Assembly: GCA_050230475.1 (NCBI GenBank)
Contig: JBFLGF010000155.1
Coordinates: forward strand, 1-64,000
From: Ancylonema sp.
Taxonomy: Eukaryota
DNA: 64,000 nt
Reading direction: 5' to 3'
A program made the translations under genes and the position numbers. Below, piece after piece: positions 38,161 through 51,500 of the stretch; the stretch's first letter is position 1; the number at the start of each line of letters is the position of its first letter. The notes beneath the pieces are model-generated. The model was not told where the DNA came from. It did no database searches and saw only the letters and a list, made by a program, of their open reading frames with translations.

Positions 38161-39245
38161 TTATGTCGTTGTAACGGGGTAGAGTGTTCCATACGCCCGG
38201 TAGAAATAAGGTGACTTAGAAGCTTCTGCGGATCTTCTTAGGGCTTGAGCATGATTGGCGCCCCCACGTACTTGTCCAATCATTGAGTTAGGGGTTCCGT
38301 CAGTCGTTGAGTGAACGATCGGGATTGCTCTGCCACTAGTCAATCGCCGTTAGTTAGACTTTTGGCATAGTGGGCAGTAAGGATAGGGTTGCTGAACCGT
38401 TTAGGAGCCAGCCTGATCATGGATCGGACCTGGTTGCAGAGACATTTTGGTTGTTGGGGTTCGCCATCAAACTCAGGGGGGTCAGCTGGAACCAGATCTT
38501 GGAGAGGTGGTGTAGTCTGGGGTGCTGGAGCGGCTGGCTCAGAGGTAGAGACCAGGTAGTTAGCTTCATAAGCCACCTGATAGGAAAGCTCTGTAAATTT
38601 GCCCTTAATATCCTTGATTTCATCCGCCAGAATTCTGAACTTTTCATCCTGTGATATTTGCATCTGGCGAAAGAGTTCCATTACTTCTTGTAAATTGGGA
38701 GAAGACATAGTGGAACGGAAGGAAGATGAAAAAGAAAGGCGGCTGAATGAGGTTCAGATCCATAATATTTTTAAGGTTCTTTAAAAAAACCTCAAAAAAT
38801 GTTAATTCCTATCAAAGTGTTAGGGCCGGATGCAAAGGCGTCCCTAGCAAGCAAGTTGCGAAATGCACACAAACAACAAAATGGCGAAAGGCCGGATAGG
38901 ACAAGATGGCATGAGCCGGATGGAATGGCTGTGTTGGTGTAATGTGAACTGAAGATGAGTGTAAGTACATGAGTTTAGGAAAGTCGGCCCTAGCCGACTC
39001 TAGGAACAATGTGGGATAACTAACTCAAGGGCGGCTCAGTACACAACAAAATCTGTCTAAAGGCACAACCGCCATGACTAAGGACACAACAGAATACTCC
39101 CTAGGGGCCAGGCGGCCGCTAGGGACACAAGTCTACCTATAAAGGGGGAAAACTCGCTACAGGGAAATATGCTCTAGTAGCGCTCTAGCGCCAAGTGTGG
39201 GGACCTCGCTAGGGAGCCCTAGTGACCGTAGCGAGGGTCCGAACA
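38161..39245 (-). mobile_element. Truncated Gypsy element: 5' LTR (38818-39245) plus N-terminal gag (38708-~38161)
   Basis: LTR TGTTAGGG...CCGAACA is highly similar to 15481-15905. ORF MSSPNLQE..DPPEFDGEP..RLAPKRFS is Ty3 gag-like. Confidence 0.82.
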
Positions 39246-40536
39246 TTATTCATTATCGCCGGGATTCTTAGGGCCTACAACTGCAATCCTAATGGGGGCT
39301 GGGAGAGTGGAGAGCGTCACGTGTAGTGTTGGGGCCCACTTGCCAAACACCTCCGGTTGGGTTGAAATCCGACCCGCCACTCGCCTTCGACCCGCCAACA
39401 CCCCCCACCCGCCCTCCACCCGCCCCCCACCCGCCCCACCCGCGATGCACCCGCCGACTGCCAAAAATGGCGGGTGCGCGGGTTAAACGGACATTTTGAG
39501 TATGAAAACTTATAAAAATACAAATAGATGTGCATATGTTGTGTTACTTAACGGACAACATGGAAAGAGATATCAAATGTCTCGGATTCCGGACAATTCG
39601 GACATTTCCCCTGCTGCAAGGGTGTTATACATGAAGTAATACACGACACGGACACTACTCGGAAGTATCATAAGAAGAGTATCATATGTACATCCAAGGG
39701 GAGATTTGCAAAGGGAGTCGCAAGTTAATTGTTAGCGTTTTGGTGTGGATGGCGGTGGTTGTTGCCATTTTACATGGTTGGCCCGGCCCAATGAAGTGCA
39801 TGAAATGATGGTTTTTGCAATGCGGCATTAATTGCGCGACGATATTCAAGTCTTGGCTATGCATGTTAATAATCCCACAAGAACAATACCTACTTTACAT
39901 GTGTGGAGATGAAACGCATGAAATTATAAATAAAAGTTTGCACATTTTCAACAAATTTTGCCATCACTAAACTGCACTCAAACCCCGATATAAGAAACCT
40001 TAAATTATTGAGGAACATTTTCTTATAGCGAATATTTCTTATATGTATAGTAAACTTTGTATGGGAGACCTCGCAAAGATGTTTCATATAACGAGGTTTG
40101 GACACGTGCATCCATGCCGTCGAATTTATGAGTGTGCGGTAGTATATTTTCAACATGTGGACGTGCAATACTTGAACTGGAGGACCTCAAAAGTTTTTGT
40201 GATAATAGTTGCACTCGCGATCTTTGCGTAAATAGTTAATTTCAGGCGGTTGCGAGATATTGGGTGAGATAATTAATATAACAAGTGTTGATTCATGAAT
40301 ATATTTATCATTGAATACTAATCTAGAGGGGTTCTACTTTATCTAAGAAACCCGTAACACTAAAAATTGGAAATTTTTGTTTCTTATATCGAAGTTTCTT
40401 ATGCTTGTATTGGGAAGGTTTTATCGAGGAAAAAACAATGTTGAGAAAAACGTTTATCTTAGCGAGGAGTTTATTATATCGAAGTTGTTTATATCGGGGT
40501 TTGAGTGTAACTAATCACACACGTAATTCTGGCATA

Positions 40537-41218
40537 CACTGCTCCCTCGATATAACGACAAAATAAAAATCCAATAAAGTGTCGTTATATCGAGGTGTCG
40601 TTATACACTGTAAAACGACATTTACATACTATACACGTGCATCATGATACCAATACATGCGGATGGACACAATATACCACAAAACTTTACGAGGAGAGTT
40701 GGGGAGGTATTAAGGTTGTTACAAAGCAACACCGGACACGCGCATTCTGCTGGACATGGAGTAAAAGCAGTGGACAGTTGAAACAATGAACAACATGAAC
40801 ATTTTTAACAGCTGGTAACGTTCATATTGAATGAGTGTAACTTGTGAGTGCTTCGCAACTCAAGAGGAATTACTACTACATATACAGGAGCTTAGTTCTG
40901 GACCATCCGAGGAGGACAGAGGCAGCGTTCTCTTGATATGATATATGGAACAACTCAAACACTTCGTAGAGAATTTGGGGTGTTGTTTATGAGGTTTCTA
41001 GATTTTTATCGATCTCCATACATCGTTAATCTGCGAGCAATAGCGTTATATACACAGTATAACGACATTGAGTAACAAATTTCTGAAATAATTTGTTAGA
41101 TTATATAGAGTGTCGTTATGCTTATATCGAGGGCGATTTCATAACGATTTAAAAAAAGTTCCTGTCGTTATATCGAGGTTGTCGTTATAAAGAGGGTCGT
41201 CATATCGTGGGATCACTG
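40537..41218. mobile_element. Tc1/pogo (Tigger-like) MITE
   Basis: ta|CACTGCTCCCTCGATATAACGAC ... GTCGTCATATCGTGGGATCACTG|ta, with repeated gtcgttata subterminal motifs. Confidence 0.72.
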
Positions 41219-41379
41219 TACTAAAACTGTCGATTATCCGTACCACCCGACACTTTTGGCGGGTCGGCGGGTGCATCGCGGGTGGGGCAGGTGGAGGGCG
41301 GCTGGAGAGCGGGAGGGGGGGGGGCGCTATAGCAACCGCCAAAGTGCTGAGGGTGGCGTGGGTTTCGGACGGGACATGG

Positions 41380-41790
41380 CCCCTACTAACTGCGTACAGA
41401 CCCCCCGTAATATCGGGAAAACGGCAAGACTCATAATGTCGCTGTACGTAGGGACCATGGCCCGTCCAAACCCGTGGTTTCGTTATGGGAGTTGTTTGTA
41501 CATCGACGCCCTACGAATTATCCCGACGCCCCTTTCCACTAACGGGGACCGTAGATTCGGCTCGATTAGATTTGGTGGCCTGTGAGCCGTCGGTCCGTCG
41601 TACGGACTATTCTTTAGATTCGACCGATTCTCGTTGGGCGACGTGGCTGTCGCTGACGCCAGTACCGGTGACGGAGATTTGCGCATAACGAAAAATCACG
41701 GTTTGGACGGCCATGGCCCCTGTGTACAGCGACATTATGAGTCTTGCCGTTTTCCCGACATTACGGGGGTCTGTACGCACTTAGTAGGGG
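41380..41790. mobile_element. Foldback element/MITE with ~105-bp inverted arms upstream of SFR2
   Basis: 41380-41487 is the near-perfect reverse complement of 41684-41790. Confidence 0.8.
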
Positions 41791-42087
41791 GTCTGTACGC
41801 CTTTCGGACCCGATCGGATCGCGGGTGGATGAGGATGGCGGGTGGGCCCCAACACTAGTCACGTGGCGACTACCCGCTGGGGCACGAACTTTCAATCAAT
41901 TAATATTTGCCACCTGTGCACTCGATTGAAACTACGCACCGGACGACACGTGCGCTGCCTAGCTTCGACTAAGCTAAACTTGGCAGGTCAGGTCAGGTTG
42001 CCATTACATTGCTTAGAGGGGTATTTGGAGGTGTTGTTTCATGCCTGATCCCCCTGAATTTGAGCCAGTTTCTGGATACCTCCTTCG

Positions 42088-45000
42088 ATGGATTCTCCTC
42101 CTCGATCTGAACGCAGATTCTTGACAGGTTTTCCAGCTAGCGGTGTTAAATCTGCAGTTGGAATAGTTGGCGTTGCGGGCGTCATTTCAGTGGTCGTCAA
42201 TGCCGTAATTTATCGCAATTTCGCGAACACCAATCTGCATGACTTTGAAAGCCCCCTTGACGAGGACCAGGAAGTACTTGCCAAATTTGCAGTGGACAAA
42301 GATGGTAAGCTGAGCTACTTGTATCTGCACCTTTCTGAGACAGAGATTGGTGACCTGACCCTGAAATCATGCGTTGTCACACCGGCTTTTTTTTGTGTAG
42401 CTTGCCAATACTTTTTTAGGCTCACATGCGAGCATATAAGTTTTCTTGTCAGTTTGACCGGGCGACCATTCCTTCTTTATTATTTCGTGGTAAGTGCAGA
42501 TATTAGTTTCCTTCAGCTCGAGCTGGGATGCCGACCTGGTAGCGTCTGCTGCATTTGCATATATTTAAAGGGCTACTAGGGTCCTGCATACACGGACATA
42601 CTCTGCAGAGGGACATACTCTGAATGACATACTCTGCTCGACTGACATTGTTCCGCTGTAACTGCTGTCTTGTTATTGTCAGCCTTCGCCCTGCCTGCTT
42701 AGTAAAATCTAGCATTACTGAACTGGAGCACATCGATGTTGGCGGTGCAGTGGACGAGGGCGGCTTTTTTTTTGGGGTGGCGACGGCCCCAGCTCACGTG
42801 GAAGACAAGCTGAATGATGCTTGGCTCGAATTCGCACAGGAGACAGCTCCCAGCAAGCCCCAGCCGCCAATCAAGTATCCGCCCTATGGCTGTGGGGGAG
42901 AGGAGTTTACGGAGGATGAGGGGGCAACCTCGTCTGCAGGTGTGGAAGCCATAAAAGAAGAGGGGGGGAAAGAGGGAGAAGGAGGTGGGGAAGGGGGCCT
43001 TGGAGAGAGTGGGGTTCTCGTGAAGTCCGTTGACCTCAGCGAGGGCGAGAAGAATGGCAAGGAGGCGGGCGAGTGGCAAGTGGTGGAGCAGAACAAGGGA
43101 GGACGTGCAGGGGGGCAGGGGGAGGAGAAGCCCGTGGTAAAAGCCAAGCAAAAGGGGGGCAAGAAGTCAACCAGGGATCCAGTGTTGCAGTTCACAAACG
43201 GATTTAACATGGCGGACCGCATCGATCCCGCAAGTAATGCAAGGAGGCTTCTACGAAAAGTGAGTGGGAAAGTGCACGATGCCAAGCAGTGGACGGAGAA
43301 GAAGAAGGGGGGGGTGCAGGAGGAGGAGGCAGAGGATTATAGCCCCAATGTGGCGGCCTTCCATAACGTGCCTAACCCGTAAGTAGACCACCTGGCACAC
43401 TAAATGCTCAACATCATCTGTAACCTCGGGTCACCGACAAGACATACGTCTAAGTGACATTTCTGCCATCCGAATGGACTGAGCATGGCCCATCGGCTAC
43501 AATAATGTCGATGATGTCGATGGTAATAATGACGATACGATGATGATGATGCTGCCTACCATCACGGTGCCACCATGGTCACAGCAAGGGAGGATAGGGA
43601 TGGGAGGCTTGACAACTATCTGTGGGGTTCACCAGGCTGAGAGAGTAGATCGTTTTCACACATCCTGTGTGCACATCCGCTAGAACGCCTTAGGATCTCT
43701 TCTCGCATGGCGGCTGCGTATCATCTTAGGAAGTTCTGCAGAGACATTTTAAAATGTTTTATCCATGGAGAACATTCGGACACGATCTAGAAAATCTACT
43801 GTCCACATATACTAAAAATCTGTCAGAAGCATGTCTTCATTCTGCATGTGTTCATACCCTTTTTCCTCCTCGTCCACCCTCCCCCCTGCCGCAGTGAGAC
43901 GCGTCTGAAATTCTGGACCGAGCCTGAGACCGAGCTCCAGCTTGCGGCCGGTACGGGTAGCAGCGTGTTCCGCCTGGGGGTGGACTGGGGCCGGATCGTG
44001 ACCCAGGAGCCTGTGGACGGAATGCCGGCTGTGGTCGACTGGGATGCCGTGAAGCACTACCGATGGATTCTGGAACGAGTTCGTTCTCACAACATGGAGA
44101 TCATGCTATCGCTCTTTCACCACTCGCTGCCCAAGTGGGCGTCCCCCTATGGAGGATGGAAGGAGGAAAAAACCATCACCTACTTTGTCGAATTTGCGCG
44201 GTACCGGTTCCGACCACTCCTATCCCACATCCTGCATCCAGCTGCTCCCCCGCCTGACCCCCCCCCCCCCCCCTTCCTCCCCCCCCCAGTCTGTGCGCCC
44301 AAGAGTTTGGCGACCTTGTGAAGTGGTGGATTTCCTTCAACGAGCCTCACGTGTTTGCCATGCTAACCTACTGCGTGGGGGCGTGGCCGGGAGCCAGTCC
44401 CGACCTCATGGAACAGGTGTCCTCCGCACTGCCCAGGGGGGTGTTTGAGGTGGTCATGAAGGCCATGGCTGCCGCGCACAACCAGTCGTTTGATGTCCTC
44501 CATGAGGAGGCGGGGAAGAAGGGGCGGAAGACGAAAGTGGGTGTGTCTCACCACGTGTCCTACCAGCGTCCGTACGGACTGTTTGACACCCCCCTGGTGG
44601 CCATCAGCACAATGCTGACGAGATTCGCGTTTGTGGATGACGTGTGCGACAAGTGCGACTTCATCGGAGTGAACTACTACGGACAGGTAACGAGAGGGGG
44701 AGGAGATCACTTTGATAATGGGCAAGGGAGGCAAAGAGCATCCTCATACATTGATAATCCAAGGGTTGCAAGGATTGTGTTTTGCGGGTTTATATCGAAC
44801 GCAGGAAATGCGAAGTTGAAGTTCACCAAATTAGTCAAGACGATTTGCAGAATCTGAGCTTTTCGATTGTCCACCTTCCACTCTGAAGCGTGTTCTCTTG
44901 GCCACCTTGTCCTCCTCCCCCCCCCCCTCGCAGGAGTTTGTGTCTGGCCCCGGCCTGAAGCTGGTCCACAACGTCGAATTCTCCGACTCTGGTCGCGGTG

Positions 45001-46087
45001 TGTACCCCGACGGTCTCTTCCGCGCCCTCGTCATGGTCCACCAGCGGTACAACACTTCCAAGGGGCGCAGCGTGCCGTTCTACATCACGGAAAACGGGAG
45101 TGCAGACGGCACCGACCTCATCCGCCGCCCCTACATTCTGGAGCACCTTCTGGCAGTGCGGGCCGCCATGAACCTGGTGCGCCTTCACCCCAATTTCAAT
45201 TTCAATCTCAGTCTGCATACGGCTACGCCCTGGGGCAAGATGGTCACACTCTGTGTTTCTTTTCTCCCTTCCAGGGCGTCCCTGTGCAAGGCTACCTGTT
45301 CTGGACCACCTCCGACAACTGGGAGTGGGCGGACGGCTATGGCCCCAAGTTCGGCCTGGTGCACGTGGACCGGGAGAACAACCTGAAGCGCACCAAGCGA
45401 CCCTCCTACCACCTGTACACACAGGTAGCACTGGCAACCACCCTTTCACCTCATCGTGGGGACCTGGGATGTACAGCAATTGAGAGGAACCAAGTAGGGA
45501 CAGCATAGAAACCAGAGGAGAACTGGTAAGTATTGATCCGAAGTTTACGACTCTGCGTTTCCCATCCGTGTTCCCTTTTTCGTCAGATCTGCAAAACAGG
45601 GGAGGTGACAGCTGCCATGCGTGATGCTGAGTGGAAGACCCTTCAGGACGCAGCCGAGGCCGGCAAAAAGCGGCCCTTCTTCCGAGCTGTGGCCAACGGG
45701 GTCATGTTCGCAGGTGGGAACCAGGGGTCAACCCCCCCCTACCTGTACCCCTTGCGCTCTCTTTCCAGGCAGGAAGTAACAAGTTTTGTGTCTTCCCATG
45801 CAGGTGGGCTGGACACTCCCATAGACCGCCCGTTGATAAAACGAGATTGGCGATTCGGGCATTACGAAACCGAAGGCCTTCAAGACCCAATCTCCAAACT
45901 CGTACGCCTGGCCATCACCATTTGCACCTTCGGACTACTGAAACGCAAGGGCAAAAAGGGCGGGAAGAAGTCGGAGAAGGACCTGAAGACTATCTCGAGT
46001 GGTGGTCATCGGGTGCCCTCGGGAGCCCCCTCTGGTGATGGGAAACTGGACCAAGATCTGGTCATAGCTCTAGCCCTCGAAAGATAG
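42088..46087 (+). CDS. SFR2: SFR2-like GH1 galactolipid:galactolipid galactosyltransferase, 8 exons: 42088-42304, 42751-43378, 43895-44200, 44290-44686, 44934-45176, 45275-45424, 45587-45713, 45804-46087
   Basis: N-terminal hydrophobic anchor; FESPLDED; FFFGVATAPAHVEDKLNDAWLEFA; RLKFW; FRLGVDWGRI; catalytic SFNEP and ITENG; WTTSDNWEWADGYGPKFGL; RDWRFGHY..GLQDP. Confidence 0.93.
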
Positions 46088-46789
46088 AGTAGATGAATGA
46101 ACGACTAAAGGAGTGCCCATCGGAGATACTCGGGTACTCCGCAAATGGCATGGCAGAGGAAGAATAATATGGCAAGGGCGAATCAGATTTGGGCGTTGTT
46201 GTAAAATACTTGTTGTTGTAGACGAAGGAAGTTCATGGTGACAACATATAAGATGATCAAGACGAAGTTGGGGGGATTTGGGAGTTTAGGTGAAAAAAGA
46301 ACCCCCAAGAATCGGTGCACATTTTTGGGTGAGGATGGTCCTTCTAGTGATTTCGAATTTAAAGGTTTCTAGCTTTGTGTACTGCATTGATGTGTGGAGG
46401 TAGCTACGTGACTGTGTGTATGAGACGGCGTGAGGAGAAATTTTGATAGATGGGAAGTGGACAAGCGTCCAAGCGCACTTTTGTCGAAAGTAGTCTAGCT
46501 TGCAGGGATGGTGGTGGAGTAGATACGTGCCCCCCCTTGTACTCCTACTCACTTTGACCAACAAACAAAATTGACAACATAATTGGGGTAATAGTCGGCC
46601 CCTTTCGACAAATATTGAAAGGCGTACCGAACTCCACAAAATCATGGCAGTCGTAAAAAATGATAGTTGCATATGTTTACTATCAGAATGGTAGATGCGG
46701 CGCAGATCCGGATTTGGTGCAATTCGGATTATTAACGAAATGTTGTAGAATGGTGTGTATTACCCATCATGGCACACACTAGTACAGTA

Positions 46790-48110
46790 CCGTACTGGCC
46801 ATACATAATGACCCGTAAATAAGTATTGAAAGGGTGGGTCGGGTCAAATTAAATAATTCATTTTTTGGGATCACGCCATAAATTCTGAAATTCGGCGTAG
46901 TGGGTTAACATCGTAAAATCCATTCTATTCGTTTTTTTTTGCTCAAAATACATATGTGGTTGGATCCCGATCGCTAAGAATCTATCGTGGTCTCGTAGTG
47001 GCGTAAACGATCGTCATTGGTTTCCTTTTCACAAATTGAGGGGGGGAAATGGACATGTTGGGGAACAGTTAAGGTGCATATTTTTCTTACAGTTTTGCAC
47101 CATGCACAAGCCAATATGATAAACAACAGAGGGTTTCCAGATTTTTTAAACCACCCTTCAAAATTCCGAAAAGTATGGAAAAATCGAAAAACCGAAAGAA
47201 TGTGGATATCTCCACTCACTCACTTACTAGTCACTACTCACTACACACTACTCATACTCTATAACTATTTACTTGTCACTACTCTTCCACTTCATGAGTC
47301 AGTGTTCAGGTCTCAAAATCTGTTGCAATCTGCAAGGCCGCAATCTAAAGCCGACAATGCTCCCCACCGAGATAAGGCTGTTGAACGAAAGTGAACGGAT
47401 GAACGGCAAATAAAATTGAGATGAAAGAAAGTGATCGGGTTTTGGAGTGTAAAGTGAACGGATGAACGGCGAATGAATTTGAGATAAAGGAAAGTGAACG
47501 ATCTCTCGGAATCTCTCGGGATCTCTCGGAATATTTGTATAACGGACCTAATTGCATGACGATCCGCGACAAAGTCTAACAATATAGTTGTAGATGAAAA
47601 GTATGTGTTCACGTCTCACAGTCTGGTGCAATCTCCAGAGCCGCAATCTAGAGCCAACAACGCACCGCACCGAGATAAGGCTTTCGAACGAAAGTGAGCG
47701 GCGAACGGCGAATAAATTTGAGATCATGGACAGTGAACGGATTTTTCAATGTAAAGTGAACGGATGGATGACTTGCGAAAAAAAACGAGAGAAGGGAAAG
47801 GGAACGGAATTTTTATGAAAAGTGAACGGATAAACGGCGAATAAATTTGAGATATAGAAAGTGAACGGAATTTTAAGTGGATACTGAACGGCGTAGTGAA
47901 AAAAAATCGGAAAAACCATTAAAAATTTGACGGCCGAAAGTTACCCCCCCATGGTTTTTATACGGCACTAGTGCGGTTGAATCACGCGTTGTTTTGGGGT
48001 GGGTCATTTTGCTTGCCGGGTCACGGTATAGTTTTTTTTTTAACCCGGGTCATAATTTTGGGTCACGGGATAATTAATATATGTTGCCCGGGTCAATTTG
48101 GTGGGTCACC
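46790..48110 (+). mobile_element. Family A element with interrupted 60-bp array
   Basis: ta|CCGTACTGGCCATACATAATGACCC start; colinear with 12544-14020. Confidence 0.72.
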
Positions 48111-48591
48111 ACAAAAATAAATTGAAATTACTCTTAACTGGTAGAGATTGGTAGAGATCGATAGGGATCGGCAGGGATTGGTAGGAATGGGTGACGTGCT
48201 GTTTGGAGTCGGCCGCCTAAAATGATATTCTTCATACTTTGTTCCCTTTGTTCCCGGATGTTTCTCAGAATGATGCATGTGGTAATGCACGCGGTGGTGT
48301 GGTGATGATGTCGACTGGGTTGGTATCGATGATGTTCGTCTGAGGTGGACTTGGTGGTCCGGCTGCTCTCACTAAGTAGTATTGCAGATTGAGTCTCTGC
48401 TGAGATATCAATATTATATCTATTACACGTCTGAGCGGTCTGGTGAAATTCACTACTTAACGCCGAGGGCGAGCTAACATATGGTTTATAGTACAAAAGT
48501 TTGTGAAAATACTATAAAGCAAACAAGATAGTCTGGTGCAGACTATCAAGGTTGAGTTGCTTTCGGTGCGAAAGCAAAGTATCGACGGCAA

Positions 48592-51500
48592 TATAAGCTT
48601 TTGAGTGATTAGACTTGCCGGATTACTTTGGTGGGCGACAAAACGAACCGTACGCAAAAGGATCTCTTTCACTGATGATCAACGAGACAGGAGTTGCGTG
48701 TGTGGATCGAATTATTTTTGTGATTGCATCGGAGATGGTAATACCCGATGCGCTTTACAGATTGTTGCGTGCCGACGGTCGGCACAATTGACCGTCGGCC
48801 TATCATTGACTGACAGCTCTTCTACATGTCAACGGCACATGCCGAACATTTCTGACACGACTAAACAAGCCAGTCACGACGCTTCAACCAAATAACGTCT
48901 CTAAGCGTCGGAAACATGTCAGGTGCCCGGGCACAAACTTGCCCGGCCCCGCATACAGGCACATCTAGAATATTGCTCCCGGTTGAGTAACCAACTGGAC
49001 TAGCACGCATAACATATGGCTATCCAAAATATTCTAACACCTGCCCCCCCTCGGATGCCATGCTAAAGTTGGCATAGATGCAGACATCAAAAGGAGTCCC
49101 AAGTCATTGCCAAAACATGGCAGAACCATCACATAACATATAAAACAGTTTTGGTCTTCCCTAGCATAATGTGCTAGGGGATCTATCGATAAATGCAGCC
49201 GTTCGAGAACGGAAGACGATCGGAAGCCGATCGGAGAAGACGATCGCTCCATATGTCCTTTGTCGTTTTTCGGGCCGAAGCCCGCCGAAGCCCTGCACAT
49301 ACAAACAAATACCACAACTTAGGCAAAAAACAAAAAAACTTATGAAAATATTTTTGATTTCTTAACTCACGATTCTGAAAACTTCACACTTTCCAGTCAG
49401 AAAAATCTCAAAAACAGCATAACTTCAAAATTACAAATCCTAATCAGGCACCAACTTTTGACACAAGCTTTGCAACGATGATTAGGACATACATACGAAA
49501 AATTCAGAAACAAACTGACAAGTTTAAATAAAGTTGAGCAGATTCACACTTTCTGATTTCAAAGTGTACTTAAGCGTTTTCAAGTGTCTTTTCGAGGTCT
49601 TTGGGTGAAAATGTGACTTAGCTGGATGTGCTGAAGTTGGTGTACCCTCCCCATTACTTCTGCCTGAAAAGAGACATAACAACACACCCCCTGCCAACAT
49701 GCATGTCATTCGAAACCTTCGATCATAAAAATAAAAGAAAACTACTGACACCCCCAGTTCAGTATAACCGTCCGTCCAAAACCTAGATAGACTTTTGCTG
49801 TGTCTGTCCAGTAAAACTTGGGGTAGAGCTTTAGTTAGCATATCTGCTGGTTTGATTTGCGCCTTGCAAGATACACACATATTTTAGTCTCCCCGTGCTG
49901 TGTGGCATTCCCGTACCCAGTGATATACCACATTTTAAAATGTTTTGCTTTCTCTCTTTGCACAGGATTCTGGATCATGGAGAGAGCTGAGGAGGTTGAA
50001 TCAGTGTGGATTGTGATTTGGTGTGGGAATTTGAGTTCTTTCAAGAAGAGAGACGACTTTAGATAACAGCATTCTTTAGACACACTACAGGCAGCCAATA
50101 TACTCAGCCCTCAGCAGTGCTCTGCTCTGTGCAACAGTTGACTCTGTGACTTCCAACTCAGTGCTGTCCCCCCAACCGTGGTTACCCATCCCAGTGACCT
50201 TGAACTTCCCTGTCATGCTACAACTGTTCCATGATGCATCGCAGTAAACCCCTTTACTTCAAATGTGTCTTTTCCCACAAACGTCAGTCCGTGGTTGACA
50301 GTTCCCCTTCAAGTATCTGACTAATAGTTGATGTAGAGCCCTTATGTGTGCCACCCCAGGATTCCCCATGTGTTTTGCCAGTACCCCAAGTGCATACCCG
50401 ATGTCCAGTCTGGTTTGTTTCATGGCATATATGAGTGATCCCACTTTCCCACGAAAGTCTGTTATTTCTTCAGGGGTAGGGGGAAGAGTTGGTTCATCAT
50501 TCTGTGTGAATTGATCCAGGGGCGAGTGGGAGTTTGGTTGGATTACACTCGTGCATCCCATAGCGTTCAAGCACTCCCCTTAAGAATCCTGACTGTCCCA
50601 GTGCGAGCAGTCTTCTCTGTCTATCCCTCTTCACTTCCACCCCCAGGATATGGGTTAGGGAACCCAGATCCTTAACTTTGAACTTTTTACCCATATCTTC
50701 TTTAAAAGTTTTGACGACCATTGCGTTAGGACCTGTGATCACCTGATCATCTACATGTATGCCCAGTATGATTCTGCTGTCTGCTTCCCCCCTCATATAT
50801 ATACATGTGTCCATTACGCACTGTTTAAACCCTTCAGATATCATAAATTTTCTGAACATTTCCTGCCATACGTGGCTACTCTGCTTTAGACCGGATAAAG
50901 CTCCCTTCCGTCGTAAGACCTTTCCCTCAGCACCCCCATTGATATACATGTGGTGGTATTTTCATGTAAACTTCTTCCTCCAGACGTCTATGCAGGAACG
51001 CTGTGATTACGTCCATCTGTTCCAGTTCCCAGTCATATTGGTTTGCTATAGAGAGGAGTAGGGTGATATAGATGTACTGTCTCGATTACTGGTGCGCAAA
51101 AAATACTTCATTATAATCAATACCCTCTTGTTGTAAGAACCCCTGGTGCGACCAGTCTGACTTTATATCTTTCAATATCCCCCTGTGGTGTTGTTTTGAC
51201 CTTAAACACATATCTGCACCCCACAGCCTTTTTACCTGGAGGAAGCACACACACCTCAAAGGTGTTGAACGTCTCCAGGGCTGCTAACTCCTCCACAACA
51301 ATGGCCCTGTCCCACTGGTCCCAGTCTCGCCTCATCATCGCATGGTTGATGAGTGGCTCGGAGGAGTTGCTGTTAGATGCTACGCACGCGTAGCCCGGAT
51401 CCACAGGACCGTTGAAGCCAGTGTAGAAACTGCTGGGCTCCCACTCAGTCGCTGTGTAGTTGGCGTGTGCTGCGTCATCAAACTCCTCCCCATCACATCA

